From IMG/VR virus record IMGVR_UViG_3300045988_019467: DNA of 43,946 nucleotides; one strand, 5' to 3'. How positions within the stretch are numbered: position 1 is the first letter of the stretch; each line of letters starts with the position of its first letter. Source of the DNA: a virus. Lineage: Duplodnaviria; Heunggongvirae; Uroviricota; Caudoviricetes. Of the stretch, positions 1-8,305 are shown piece by piece. The position numbers were made by a program, and so were the translations under genes. The notes beneath the pieces were generated by a model. The model did not search any database. It worked only from the letters and a program-made list of their open reading frames with translations, and was not told where the DNA came from.

Positions 1-1145
1 CCCGCGCGGCCACTATGCGTCTCCTGTATCTCATGTTGCGCGAGCGCGGGATAAACACCCTATACACCATGCCTACGTATGACCTGTTGAAGCTGCGCGC
101 CATCCCTGGTGTGGTTGATGACCTGAATATGATGGGGCTTAAGTATGACCTCAACAAATCGGAATACAGTATCCACGTTAAGGGGTACGGTACTATGTTT
201 TTCAGGTCCTATGACAACCCGAACCGTCTAATCGCTTTTGAAGTAGCCCATTCTGTCGCCGATGAACTTGACGTTCTTACTAAAGAACAGGCGTCTCTGG
301 TGTGGCGTAAAATTTCAGAGCGTACCCGACAGCCTTGCAGAGGGGGTAACAGTATTGCTGCTGTGACCACACCTGACCAGGGATTCTCTGGATTTGTGTA
401 TGACTATTGGGTTACTAACGCTGACAGTTCTACGGAACTGATTAAGGCGTCTACATTGTCGAACCCATATTTACCTGAAGGCTACGTCGAACAGATACGC
501 AGGAACTACGACGCGGCTTTGGCTGATATGTATATCAACGGTGAATTTGTCAGTTTGACGGCCAATAAGGTGTATCACTATTTCAAACGAAGCACACATG
601 ACTCCACTCGCACCCTGCAGAATGAAGACGCTCTGCACATAGGGCTGGACTTTAATATAGGCGGATGCTGCGCCACTGTGAGCATTATCGAAGACGGCAA
701 CCCGACGGTTGTTGATGAGTTTGTCAGCCATAATACCGACGACTTCGTCAATAATGTCAGGATACGGTATCCGGGCCATACGGTTACGGTTTACCCTGAC
801 GCCTCTGGTCGCTCAGGCCACACTAACGCATCATTATCCGACATAGGTATCATCGAAAAAGCCGGCTTGCGTGTTAACGCTCCAAGTAAGAACCCATTCG
901 TTAAAGACAGAATAAACGCGGTTAACGCTCTTTTGTCACATAGCCGTTTGAGGGTTAACACTTCAAAATGCCCTAAATTAACACAGTCACTGGAAACGCA
1001 GGGGTATAACGATAATGGTGAGCCGGAGAAGTTTAAAACTCACCCGGCTATTGACGACTGGAACGACAGTTTAGGTTATTGTATGCATAGGTTGTTCCCT
1101 GTCGTCCGCCCGGTTATCAGCACTCCTGTCAGATTCGCACTTTAA
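1..1145 (+). CDS. terL: terminase large subunit, C-terminal part (N-terminal part is 43757..43946 across the circular junction)
   Basis: Frame open from window start and in frame with the ATG at 43757, whose N-terminus has a Walker A P-loop (GLGAGKS); lies between the putative terS and a portal-sized ORF; bases 1..99 duplicate 43848..43946. Confidence 0.8.
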   Translation, partial: RAATMRLLYLMLRERGINTLYTMPTYDLLKLRAIPGVVDDLNMMGLKYDLNKSEYSIHVKGYGTMFFRSYDNPNRLIAFEVAHSVADELDVLTKEQASLVWRKISERTRQPCRGGNSIAAVTTPDQGFSGFVYDYWVTNADSSTELIKASTLSNPYLPEGYVEQIRRNYDAALADMYINGEFVSLTANKVYHYFKRSTHDSTRTLQNEDALHIGLDFNIGGCCATVSIIEDGNPTVVDEFVSHNTDDFVNNVRIRYPGHTVTVYPDASGRSGHTNASLSDIGIIEKAGLRVNAPSKNPFVKDRINAVNALLSHSRLRVNTSKCPKLTQSLETQGYNDNGEPEKFKTHPAIDDWNDSLGYCMHRLFPVVRPVISTPVRFAL

Positions 1146-1157
1146 GAGGATTATTCA

Positions 1158-2651
1158 ATGTTAACTATGAACGGTCAGAATCAGGGTGTTAAGACAAAAC
1201 ACTGGGAATGGCTGCATCACTTTAGTAAATGGCAGAAGGTCCGCCACGCTCTGGAAGGCGACCTTATTCGCTATCTGCGCAACGTCGGGAAGAACGAGCC
1301 TGACCCTACCTACGCGGCACAGCGCCAGGAAGAATACGAGAACGGCGCCATCTGCTACAACTTCACCAAGAGAACGCTGGCAGGGATGGTCGGCAGTGTC
1401 ATGCGCAAAGACCCTGAGCAGATTATCCCGCCTGAGCTTGAGTACCTGTTACGTAATGCAGACGGTTCCGGTGTCGGGCTGTGGCAGCACGCGCAGGACA
1501 CTTTGATGGAGATTGACTCGGTAGGCCGTGGCGGGTTGCTGGTGGACGCGCCAGAGACAGCCGCGGCAACGGCAGCCGAACAGAACGCGGGATTATTAAA
1601 CCCGGTCATTGCATTCTACACTGCTGAGAACATCATCAACTGGCGATTGACTCGCGTCGGTTCGGTTAACCGGGTGACAATGGTAGTGTTGCGTGAGGTA
1701 TGGGAATACTCGGAACCGGGTGCAGAGTTCGAAACAAAGTTCGGTGAGCAATACCGCGTTCTCGATTTGATTGACGGGCGCTACCGCCAGCGCATTTACC
1801 GCTTCGATGCCGAAGGTGGTGCTCAGGGTGAAGTAATCGAAATATTCCCGGAACTTGGCGAACAGTTGCGCGGCAAAATCCCGTTCACGTTCATTGGCGC
1901 AAGCAACAACGATGCAACCATCGACGATGCGCCTTTGCTACCGTTGGCTGAGCTCAATATCGGACATTTCCGCAACAGCGCTGACAATGAGGAATCCAGC
2001 TTCGTTGTAGGCCAGCCTACTTTGTTCATCGCCCCCGGTGAGAACATGAGCATGGAGCAGTGGAAAGAGGTTAACCCTCACGGCGTTCGTATGGGGTCGC
2101 GTTCAGGCCATAATATCGGTTACGGCGGCAACGCGTTTCTGGTTCAGGCAGGAGAGAACAACCTCGCCAAACAGAATATGCTGGATAAAGAGAACCAGGC
2201 CATCCAGATTGGCGCACAGCTTATCACCCCGACGCAGCAAATCACCGCCGAATCAGCCCGTCTGCAACGCGGCGCTGATACGTCCGTTATGGCGACAATC
2301 GCACGTAACGTAAGCATGGCTTATACAGATGCATTGCGCTGGGTAGCCGCGATGTTAGGGCTGCGTGAAGGCACAGAGATTGAGTTCAAACTGAATATGG
2401 AGTTCTTCCTGCAACCGATGACCGCGCAGGACCGTGCACAGTGGATGGCAGACATTAACGCTGGTCTGTTACCGGCTACTGCTTACTATGCTGCGTTGCG
2501 TAAAGCGGGTGTAACTGACTGGACTGACGAGGATATTCAGAACGCTATTGAAGATGCGCCGCTGCCATTAGGTGCTGTTGCTCAGGTACAGGGGGAAATT
2601 CCTGCTACAGCAAGACAGGAACAATCCCCGCAAGACCAACAGCAGCTATAA
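1158..2651 (+). CDS. portal protein (putative)
   Basis: 497-aa ORF directly after terL with RBS AAGAGGA 7 nt upstream; size and position typical of portal genes; no motif directly recognised. Confidence 0.65.
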   Translation: MLTMNGQNQGVKTKHWEWLHHFSKWQKVRHALEGDLIRYLRNVGKNEPDPTYAAQRQEEYENGAICYNFTKRTLAGMVGSVMRKDPEQIIPPELEYLLRNADGSGVGLWQHAQDTLMEIDSVGRGGLLVDAPETAAATAAEQNAGLLNPVIAFYTAENIINWRLTRVGSVNRVTMVVLREVWEYSEPGAEFETKFGEQYRVLDLIDGRYRQRIYRFDAEGGAQGEVIEIFPELGEQLRGKIPFTFIGASNNDATIDDAPLLPLAELNIGHFRNSADNEESSFVVGQPTLFIAPGENMSMEQWKEVNPHGVRMGSRSGHNIGYGGNAFLVQAGENNLAKQNMLDKENQAIQIGAQLITPTQQITAESARLQRGADTSVMATIARNVSMAYTDALRWVAAMLGLREGTEIEFKLNMEFFLQPMTAQDRAQWMADINAGLLPATAYYAALRKAGVTDWTDEDIQNAIEDAPLPLGAVAQVQGEIPATARQEQSPQDQQQL

Positions 2652-2654
2652 GAA

Positions 2655-2674
2655 AAGGCCCCGAAAGGGGCCTT
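2655..2674. terminator. bidirectional intrinsic terminator hairpin (AAGGCCCC-GAAA-GGGGCCTT)
   Basis: Perfect 8-bp GC-rich stem with GAAA loop, flanked by an A-run upstream and T-rich run downstream; sits between convergent genes; identical 20-mer at 12429..12448. Confidence 0.6.
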
Positions 2675-2678
2675 AATT

Positions 2679-2999
2679 TTATAGCTTAAGTTCTTCCGGC
2701 ACATCCGGCACGGCGTTATATTCCCACCATTCAGAACCATCGTATTCTCCGCGAGAAGACCATGTACCATCTTCGTACCAAATTACCCCGAAGAAGTTTT
2801 GACCGCCATAACCGTTGTGATATTCAAAATCAAGTGCGACCATTAGGCTTTCCCATTCTCCGCGGGAGTAATTCTCCCGCAGGATCCATTTACTCCCCTC
2901 AACGAAACCGTAATCCGCGTCATAGTCTGCAAACCAGGCGCATTTAACTACATCTTTACCATCCAGATGGGCGAGCAACTCTTCTTTAGCATTAATCAT
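2679..2999 (-). CDS. hypothetical small acidic, aromatic-rich protein (moron)
   Basis: 106-aa minus-strand ORF inside the plus-strand head module; strong RBS AAGAGGAAG upstream of ATG 2999; about 22 D/E versus about 8 K/R with many W/Y/F. Confidence 0.55.
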   Translation of the reverse strand: MINAKEELLAHLDGKDVVKCAWFADYDADYGFVEGSKWILRENYSRGEWESLMVALDFEYHNGYGGQNFFGVIWYEDGTWSSRGEYDGSEWWEYNAVPDVPEELKL

Positions 3000-3024
3000 G
3001 TTTTCTTCCTCTTTGCCGTTTAAC

Positions 3025-3056
3025 TGAATAGTACCCTATTATATTGGTGTCTGCAA
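3025..3056 (-). promoter_or_regulatory. class-1 promoter-like element, copy 1 (on minus strand: TTGCAG-N7-TATAAT-AGGGTACTATTCA)
   Basis: Perfect TATAAT on the minus strand about 40 nt upstream of ATG 2999; conserved about 30-bp motif repeated at 5180, 15061, 37806 and 39002, each oriented toward the adjacent operon. Confidence 0.5.
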
Positions 3057-3100
3057 ATATTATTTTTATGCGTTACACTGGCGATACTACAGGAGGGCAC

Positions 3101-4144
3101 ATGAGCTTACTTACATCCCTAATCAGCCACCAGATATGGCTGCAACGCGCCGCATCCGGTGAGGTGAAAGACCTTGCACCGTTTCTTCAGGAAATGCGGG
3201 ACGAAATCAAACGGCAGGTCCTGTTATTCGGCGACGACAGGCGAAGCACCGCGCGACTGAATAAACTGTTACGTGACCTTGAAGAAGCATTAACCGGACT
3301 TACGGGTGACTGGCGGACAAAGCTGACAGAAGACCTTAAGGAACTGGCGGCGTATGAGGCCGAGTGGAACGTAAAGACACTTACCGCCAACGTAGACGCG
3401 GAATTTGTTACGCCTACCGCCGAACAGGTGTGGGCCGCTGCCGAGTTTCAGCCCTTATCGTTAAGCGACAAGCCCGTCGATTTCACGAAACTTATGGAAG
3501 GCTGGGGTGAAACAGAAGTATCACGCCTCGTTACCGGCGTTAAGATGGGCTTTGTCCAGGGCCAGACGACACGGCAGATTATCAAGAGCGTGGTCGGCTC
3601 TGGCGGACTGGCGGACATCTCGGAACGCAATGCAGCTACCGTAATCCGCACTGCGCTGTCTCACGTGTCCAACGAAGCACGCAACGAGACGTACCGCCAG
3701 AACTACGACATCATCGAGAAATACGAATGGGTGTCAACGCTGGACAGCCGTACCAGTACGATTTGCAGAGCCAGAGACGGAATGACGTGGGAAATTGGTA
3801 AAGGGCCGATGCCTCCGGCCCATTTTGGGTGCAGAAGTACCACGGCCCCGGTAATTAGTTCCGAGTTTGACTTCCTCGATAAAGGCGCAAAACGAGCGGC
3901 TAAGGGCGCGGACGGCGGCACTCAGGTAAGCGAAGACACCACTTATTACGAGTTCCTCAAACAACAACCGGCATGGTTTCAGGACCAAGCGCTCGGGCCG
4001 ACCCGCGGTAAGATTTTCCGTAACAGCGGTATATCGCCGGAGGAGTTTCGCGTAATATCTGTAGATGGTTTCGGGAATCCGCTCACGCTTAAGCAGATGG
4101 CGGAACTCGATAAACGTGTTGCCGATTATCTGAAAGGGGAATAA
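3101..4144 (+). CDS. head morphogenesis protein (putative, Mu F / SPP1 gp7-like by position)
   Basis: ORF downstream of portal; start chosen at ATG 3101 with RBS AGGAGGG at 3091..3097; assignment is by synteny and size, not a recognised motif. Confidence 0.5.
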   Translation: MSLLTSLISHQIWLQRAASGEVKDLAPFLQEMRDEIKRQVLLFGDDRRSTARLNKLLRDLEEALTGLTGDWRTKLTEDLKELAAYEAEWNVKTLTANVDAEFVTPTAEQVWAAAEFQPLSLSDKPVDFTKLMEGWGETEVSRLVTGVKMGFVQGQTTRQIIKSVVGSGGLADISERNAATVIRTALSHVSNEARNETYRQNYDIIEKYEWVSTLDSRTSTICRARDGMTWEIGKGPMPPAHFGCRSTTAPVISSEFDFLDKGAKRAAKGADGGTQVSEDTTYYEFLKQQPAWFQDQALGPTRGKIFRNSGISPEEFRVISVDGFGNPLTLKQMAELDKRVADYLKGE

Positions 4145-4146
4145 TT

Positions 4147-4605
4147 ATGGGCTTTTTCAAAGTAACTGATGTGCCGTCGCGCCGTGTCGTCCAGTACGCT
4201 CGCGTGTCTGGCTCCGGGGAGAGCGTGGTGTTTATTGAAGATGAAAGTGTGCTCGGTACACCCGTAGACGATATGCCGTTTGCGGATAAAACCGGTATTG
4301 CGCTGCCAGCGGCGGGCATGCTTTACGAGATTCCGTATCTGGCCGATGCTGGTGATGTGTATTTCTCTATGCAACCGAAAGACACTGAATTGGTGGACGG
4401 CAGCGCAACTATCACTGTCGAAGTTAAGGCAGGCAAAGCGCCGTATGTTCTGACCTGGTACAAAGATGGTAAGGAAGTAGTAAACGCCCCGGAAGAGGCT
4501 TTGTCTCTGACGGTTAACGCGGTGGGTGAATACTTCGTTAAAGTTACTGATGCCGATGGTGTAGAGGCCGTCAGTAAAGCGGCGAAGGTCACCAAACCAG
4601 AATGA
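4147..4605 (+). CDS. Ig-like domain protein (possible capsid decoration or accessory structural protein)
   Basis: C-terminal region has an Ig-like beta-sandwich sequence pattern (TITVEVKAGKAPYVLTWYKDGKEV...GEYFVKVTDADG); a similar pattern recurs in 8306..8647. Confidence 0.5.
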   Translation: MGFFKVTDVPSRRVVQYARVSGSGESVVFIEDESVLGTPVDDMPFADKTGIALPAAGMLYEIPYLADAGDVYFSMQPKDTELVDGSATITVEVKAGKAPYVLTWYKDGKEVVNAPEEALSLTVNAVGEYFVKVTDADGVEAVSKAAKVTKPE

Positions 4606-4608
4606 TAT

Positions 4609-4629
4609 AAGGCCCCTTAACGGGGCCTT
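4609..4629. terminator. bidirectional intrinsic terminator hairpin (AAGGCCCC-TTAAC-GGGGCCTT)
   Basis: GC stem followed by TTAGTTTTATTT; between convergent genes 4147..4605 (+) and 4634..5155 (-); same stem sequence as 2655, 12429 and 24233. Confidence 0.6.
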
Positions 4630-4633
4630 AGTT

Positions 4634-5155
4634 TTATTTAAATCGCGCAGGCATTAACACCATAAAGGCCGTGTTTGAAAATGATATTTTGCATCCTCTG
4701 GTTTGGTCCTGGAAATCGAAACGAGAAATTTCATTTTTGTACGCCTTAGAAATCTTGTACGCGTCTGCCAAATAACGCAGAGTGAACCCTATACTATCGA
4801 CAACACCCGGTGTGATGTGCGCCACGCGTTTCCAGTCAGGAAAGTTTCCTTCTACAACATCTACCGGAAGTGTACATATAAGCGCGCGACTATCGTCATA
4901 GAAAGAAACACTGCCGTTGTCGTGGTCTACCTCTGCGTAGTTAAATTTAGAAGGCTCTCTCCCTTTGATATCAATGAGAACCCCTTTCTCAACGTTTGTC
5001 TTCACATTGTCGCAGAACAATCTATGCCCATTCGTAGACACTATCAACCCCTCAGGTTCTATGTAAAAAGCGTTCAAATAGTAGCGCACATCGTTTTTAG
5101 CCCTGCAGATTTTCGCCCCTACATACGCAGGGAAAGTAATTACCGTAGTAACCAT
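4634..5155 (-). CDS. hypothetical protein (moron, unknown function)
   Basis: 173-aa minus-strand ORF with RBS AGGAGATG before ATG 5155; own promoter-like element and terminator; no motif recognised. Confidence 0.55.
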   Translation of the reverse strand: MVTTVITFPAYVGAKICRAKNDVRYYLNAFYIEPEGLIVSTNGHRLFCDNVKTNVEKGVLIDIKGREPSKFNYAEVDHDNGSVSFYDDSRALICTLPVDVVEGNFPDWKRVAHITPGVVDSIGFTLRYLADAYKISKAYKNEISRFDFQDQTRGCKISFSNTAFMVLMPARFK

Positions 5156-5179
5156 TTCTCATCTCCTGTTTAAGTTAAC

Positions 5180-5211
5180 TGAATAGTACCCTATTATATT
5201 GGAGTATGCAA
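5180..5211 (-). promoter_or_regulatory. class-1 promoter-like element, copy 2 (on minus strand: TTGCAT-N7-TATAAT-AGGGTACTATTCA)
   Basis: Same motif as 3025..3056; TATAAT on the minus strand about 40 nt upstream of ATG 5155. Confidence 0.5.
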
Positions 5212-5263
5212 ACTATTTGTTTACGCATTCCAGTTATTACACTCAATTGTAAATGTTGGAATA

Positions 5264-5306
5264 AACTATTCGAATAGTTGACTTTTCACTAAAAATATGC
5301 TAAGCT
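5264..5306 (+). promoter_or_regulatory. 16-bp perfect palindrome AACTATTCGAATAGTT overlapping a sigma70-like promoter (TTGACT-17-TAAGCT)
   Basis: Perfect palindrome at 5264..5279 built from the same CTATTC/GAATAG half-sites as the repeated operator; TTGACT at 5278..5283 and TAAGCT at 5301..5306. Confidence 0.35.
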
Positions 5307-5487
5307 CCACCTGAGCTTGTGAAGTATGAACAAGCGACCGCGTCGCGGGCAGGTAACGGAGCTGGACGTAAGTCCTGAGTGTAGTTACGCTGACGCGTCC
5401 GGAAGGGCCATACTCTATTGCTTGTGTAAAAAAGTAACTGATTTACTGAGATTACGCCGTTTCTGTGTTTAAATGATAAGGACTAGC

Positions 5488-5512
5488 GCCCCGCTTTAAG
5501 GCGGGGCTTTAC
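5488..5512 (+). terminator. intrinsic terminator or attenuator hairpin just upstream of the spanin genes
   Basis: GCCCCGC-TTTAAG-GCGGGGC stem-loop followed by TTTACTT; lies 20 nt before the i-spanin RBS. Confidence 0.4.
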
Positions 5513-5531
5513 TTATCGAGAAAGGAGAAAC

Positions 5532-5918
5532 ATGAATCTTAAAGCAACTGTCGTAGCGGGAGCATGTTTCATCATCCTGGCTTACGCACACGGCATCTAC
5601 CAGTACCACAGCGGCTGGAACGAAGGCCGGGCGAATCTCGTTTCGCAGCAACAGCAGAAAGCACAGGCTGAGTTAGCGAAGAAAACACAACGGCAGCAGC
5701 AAGATGAATCGAAGGCCGCAGCCGCCGACAACGAAGGCAAGACGAAATCAGAGGTGATTACCCGTGAAGTCGTTAAGTACATTAAAACGCCTGGCCGCAG
5801 CGTGTGCACTTTCGACGATGCTCGCGTCCTGCTCAAGTCCCGCGCCGTCGCAAACGCCAATTCCATCCCCGGATACGACAATGATGCAGCCTCCGTGCAA
5901 ACTGGCGCCGCCAAGTAG
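5532..5918 (+). CDS. i-spanin (Rz-like inner-membrane spanin)
   Basis: N-terminal transmembrane helix (VVAGACFIILAYAHGIY) followed by a Q/A/K-rich coiled-coil-like region; an o-spanin-like lipoprotein ORF overlaps its 3' end in another frame; RBS AAAGGAGA. Confidence 0.65.
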   Translation: MNLKATVVAGACFIILAYAHGIYQYHSGWNEGRANLVSQQQQKAQAELAKKTQRQQQDESKAAAADNEGKTKSEVITREVVKYIKTPGRSVCTFDDARVLLKSRAVANANSIPGYDNDAASVQTGAAK

Positions 5919-6027
5919 CGACGCTGACGAGGATTTAGCTATCGACGTCCAGAACGCCGAATGCGTACGGCAGCTGAGGCTGAAAGTGTTCATGTTGCAG
6001 GATTACGTGAGGAATATTCTGGAATAG
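5764..6027 (+). CDS. o-spanin (Rz1-like outer-membrane lipoprotein), overlapping the i-spanin gene
   Basis: Signal peptide with lipobox L-A-S-C, proline-rich mature region; GTG start with RBS GAGGTGA; begins inside the i-spanin gene in a different frame and extends past it. Confidence 0.65.
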   Translation: MKSLSTLKRLAAACALSTMLASCSSPAPSQTPIPSPDTTMMQPPCKLAPPSSDADEDLAIDVQNAECVRQLRLKVFMLQDYVRNILE

Positions 6028-6109
6028 TTGCCTTGCATGTTGGAATAATTTATTCTTGACATGTAAATCCGGGTGGCCCGGGTTCCAACGTCCAGGGGAC
6101 ATACTGACT

Positions 6110-6811
6110 ATGAATCGTTTTTTACGTTATCCGTTCCAGGAAGAAGCTGGGGCAGAAGATAAAGCTGGTGGCGGTGACGCGCCAAAAATGTTCACAGCCG
6201 AAGAAGTTCAGGCGCTGATTGAGAAAGAAGTCGCCGGTCTTAAGGCTAATCAGGAAGCATTGCTGGCGGAGAAGAAAGAAGCCGCTCGTAAAGCAAAAGA
6301 GGCCGAAGAAGAACGGCAGCGCGCGCACCAGGAGGCACTAAAAGCCGCCGGTAAGATGGACGAGTTCGAAAAGACGATTCGTAGCCAGTATGACCCGGTG
6401 TTAGCCGAGAAAGATGGTCGCATCTCCAAAATGGCGGAGCGCATCCTCGGCAGCGAACGTAAAGCGGTGTTAGGCTCTTTCGCAGGTGACTTCATCACCC
6501 CGGAAGCAGTGGACATTCTTGCACCGTTCGTTAAGACTGAGTTCGAAGGCGATGATGTGGTTACTAAGTTTGTTGGCGCAGATGGCAACGTAATCACGAC
6601 TGACCCTGAACAGTTCCGCAAATACCTGCGCGAACATAAAGCGTTTTCGCATTTGATTAAAGCAAATGCAGCTTCCGGCGGCGGGGCTTCCGGTGGCAAA
6701 GGCGGCGGGGCCGCACCAGCGTTTAAAGACATGAGTGAATCGGAGCGTTTAGCTCTGTATAAATCGAACCCTGCCGAATTTGAACGGCAACTTAAAGCCC
6801 TGAGGAAATAA
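6110..6811 (+). CDS. capsid scaffolding protein (putative)
   Basis: Highly charged, Ala/Glu/Lys-rich, coiled-coil-like protein immediately upstream of the major capsid gene; start taken at ATG 6110. Confidence 0.55.
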   Translation: MNRFLRYPFQEEAGAEDKAGGGDAPKMFTAEEVQALIEKEVAGLKANQEALLAEKKEAARKAKEAEEERQRAHQEALKAAGKMDEFEKTIRSQYDPVLAEKDGRISKMAERILGSERKAVLGSFAGDFITPEAVDILAPFVKTEFEGDDVVTKFVGADGNVITTDPEQFRKYLREHKAFSHLIKANAASGGGASGGKGGGAAPAFKDMSESERLALYKSNPAEFERQLKALRK

Positions 6812-6813
6812 TA

Positions 6814-7863
6814 ATGGCAATTACCACTATCGGCGATATCGTAACTGGCAACATCCCGGTCCTGGCGTCTTATATGACCGAGGACCCGGTGGAAAAAACC
6901 GCGTTCTTTCAGTCCGGTATTCTGACCCCGACTCCGTACGCTGCCGAGATTGCTCGCGGCCCGTCCAACATCGCCAACATTCCTTTCTGGAAAGCGATTG
7001 ATACTTCTATCGAGCCTAACTACTCGAACGATGTGTACCAGGACATTGCAACCCCGCGCAACGTGCAAACCGGCGAGATGATGGCCCGTGTTGCGTACCT
7101 GAACGAAGGTTTTGGTCAGGCGGACCTGACTGTTGAACTTACCAGCCAGAATCCGCTGCAATCCGTGGCTTCTCGTCTGGATAACTTCTGGCAGCGCCAG
7201 GCACAACGCCGTCTGATCGCTACCGCGCTCGGTCTGTACAACGACAACGTAGCCGCTACCGACGCGTACCACGAGCAGAACGACATGGTTGTAGACGTGT
7301 CCGCTACTCTGGGCTTCGATGCTGGCGCGTTCATCGACGCTACCCAGACTATGGGTGATGCACTGATGGGTAACGGTGGTGAAGTGCTGGGCGCTATCGC
7401 TATGCACAGCTTCGTATACGCGCAGGCGCGTAAGCAGCAGCTCATTGACTTCATCAAAGACGCTGACAACGACACCCTGTTTGCCACCTACCAGGGCTAC
7501 CGTGTGATTGTTGACGACAGCATGACCGTAGTCGGCACCGGCGGCAGCCGTAAGTTCATCTCCATCATCTTCGGCAACGGCGCTATCGGTTATGGAGAAG
7601 GTAACCCGACCAATCCGCTGGCATATGAGCGCGAAGAGTCCCGCGGCAACGGCGGTGGCGTCGAAACCCTGTGGACCCGTAAGACATGGTTGCTGCACCC
7701 GTTTGGTTACAGCTTCACCAGCGCGGTGATCACCGGCAACGGCACCGAGACTGTTGCACGCTCCGCTTCCTGGCAGGACCTGGCGAACGCATCCAACTGG
7801 AACCGTGTTGTTGAGCGTAAGCACGTACCGATTGCCTTCCTGGTAACTGGTGTAGGGGCTTAA
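6814..7863 (+). CDS. major capsid protein (putative)
   Basis: 349-aa ORF right after the scaffold-like gene and followed by a terminator hairpin; assignment by synteny and size. Confidence 0.65.
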   Translation: MAITTIGDIVTGNIPVLASYMTEDPVEKTAFFQSGILTPTPYAAEIARGPSNIANIPFWKAIDTSIEPNYSNDVYQDIATPRNVQTGEMMARVAYLNEGFGQADLTVELTSQNPLQSVASRLDNFWQRQAQRRLIATALGLYNDNVAATDAYHEQNDMVVDVSATLGFDAGAFIDATQTMGDALMGNGGEVLGAIAMHSFVYAQARKQQLIDFIKDADNDTLFATYQGYRVIVDDSMTVVGTGGSRKFISIIFGNGAIGYGEGNPTNPLAYEREESRGNGGGVETLWTRKTWLLHPFGYSFTSAVITGNGTETVARSASWQDLANASNWNRVVERKHVPIAFLVTGVGA

Positions 7864-7879
7864 GGTTAAGCTATAATCG

Positions 7880-7907
7880 AGAGGGACTTCGGTCCCTCTT
7901 TTCATTT
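7880..7907 (+). terminator. intrinsic terminator after the capsid gene
   Basis: AGAGGGAC-TTCG-GTCCCTCT stem-loop followed by TTTCATTT. Confidence 0.55.
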
Positions 7908-7922
7908 ACTAAGAGGTGAATT

Positions 7923-8294
7923 ATGGCTAAGACCGGAAAAGGCTTGCCGCGCAGCCTTCAGAATGTCGACTTCGGCGACCTGGACATCAGCGTAGGCTGG
8001 GGAGAAGTAACAGGTAAACCGGCGGTAATCGCGGCGGGGGCGACCCAAGAGGCGGCACGTACCGCTATTGGTGCAGGTACGTCAAGCCTTGCGATCGGAA
8101 CAACTTCGACTACCGCGATGGCGGGAAATAAGTTCGTTCAGGGTGCTGCGGTTACAGACGTCGGCACGCAGACCGTTACGGGTGAAGAGGCTGCCGCGGT
8201 TGCTACGTCCGCACAGACTGCGGTTAACGCGGTAGGCACTCAACTTAACGCCTTACTGGCACAACTTCGTGCCGCTAAAATCATCGCATCCTGA
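7923..8294 (+). CDS. hypothetical Ala/Thr-rich structural protein
   Basis: 123-aa ORF with RBS-like AAGAGGTG upstream; inside the head gene block. Confidence 0.45.
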   Translation: MAKTGKGLPRSLQNVDFGDLDISVGWGEVTGKPAVIAAGATQEAARTAIGAGTSSLAIGTTSTTAMAGNKFVQGAAVTDVGTQTVTGEEAAAVATSAQTAVNAVGTQLNALLAQLRAAKIIAS

Positions 8295-8305
8295 GGAGCT
8301 TAAAA

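Noticed and set aside
5328-5477. 49-codon ORF within the spanin leader as a confidently called gene
   Set aside because: Weak RBS, and the region is GC-rich with terminator-like structure; kept as a possibility in the findings rather than called as a feature.
6250-7905. 551-aa minus-strand ORF antisense to the scaffold and major capsid genes
   Set aside because: It lies entirely within two well-supported, tightly coupled plus-strand structural genes, has no RBS or promoter context, and is Ala/Arg/Ser/Gly-rich as expected for the reverse frame of GC-rich coding DNA.
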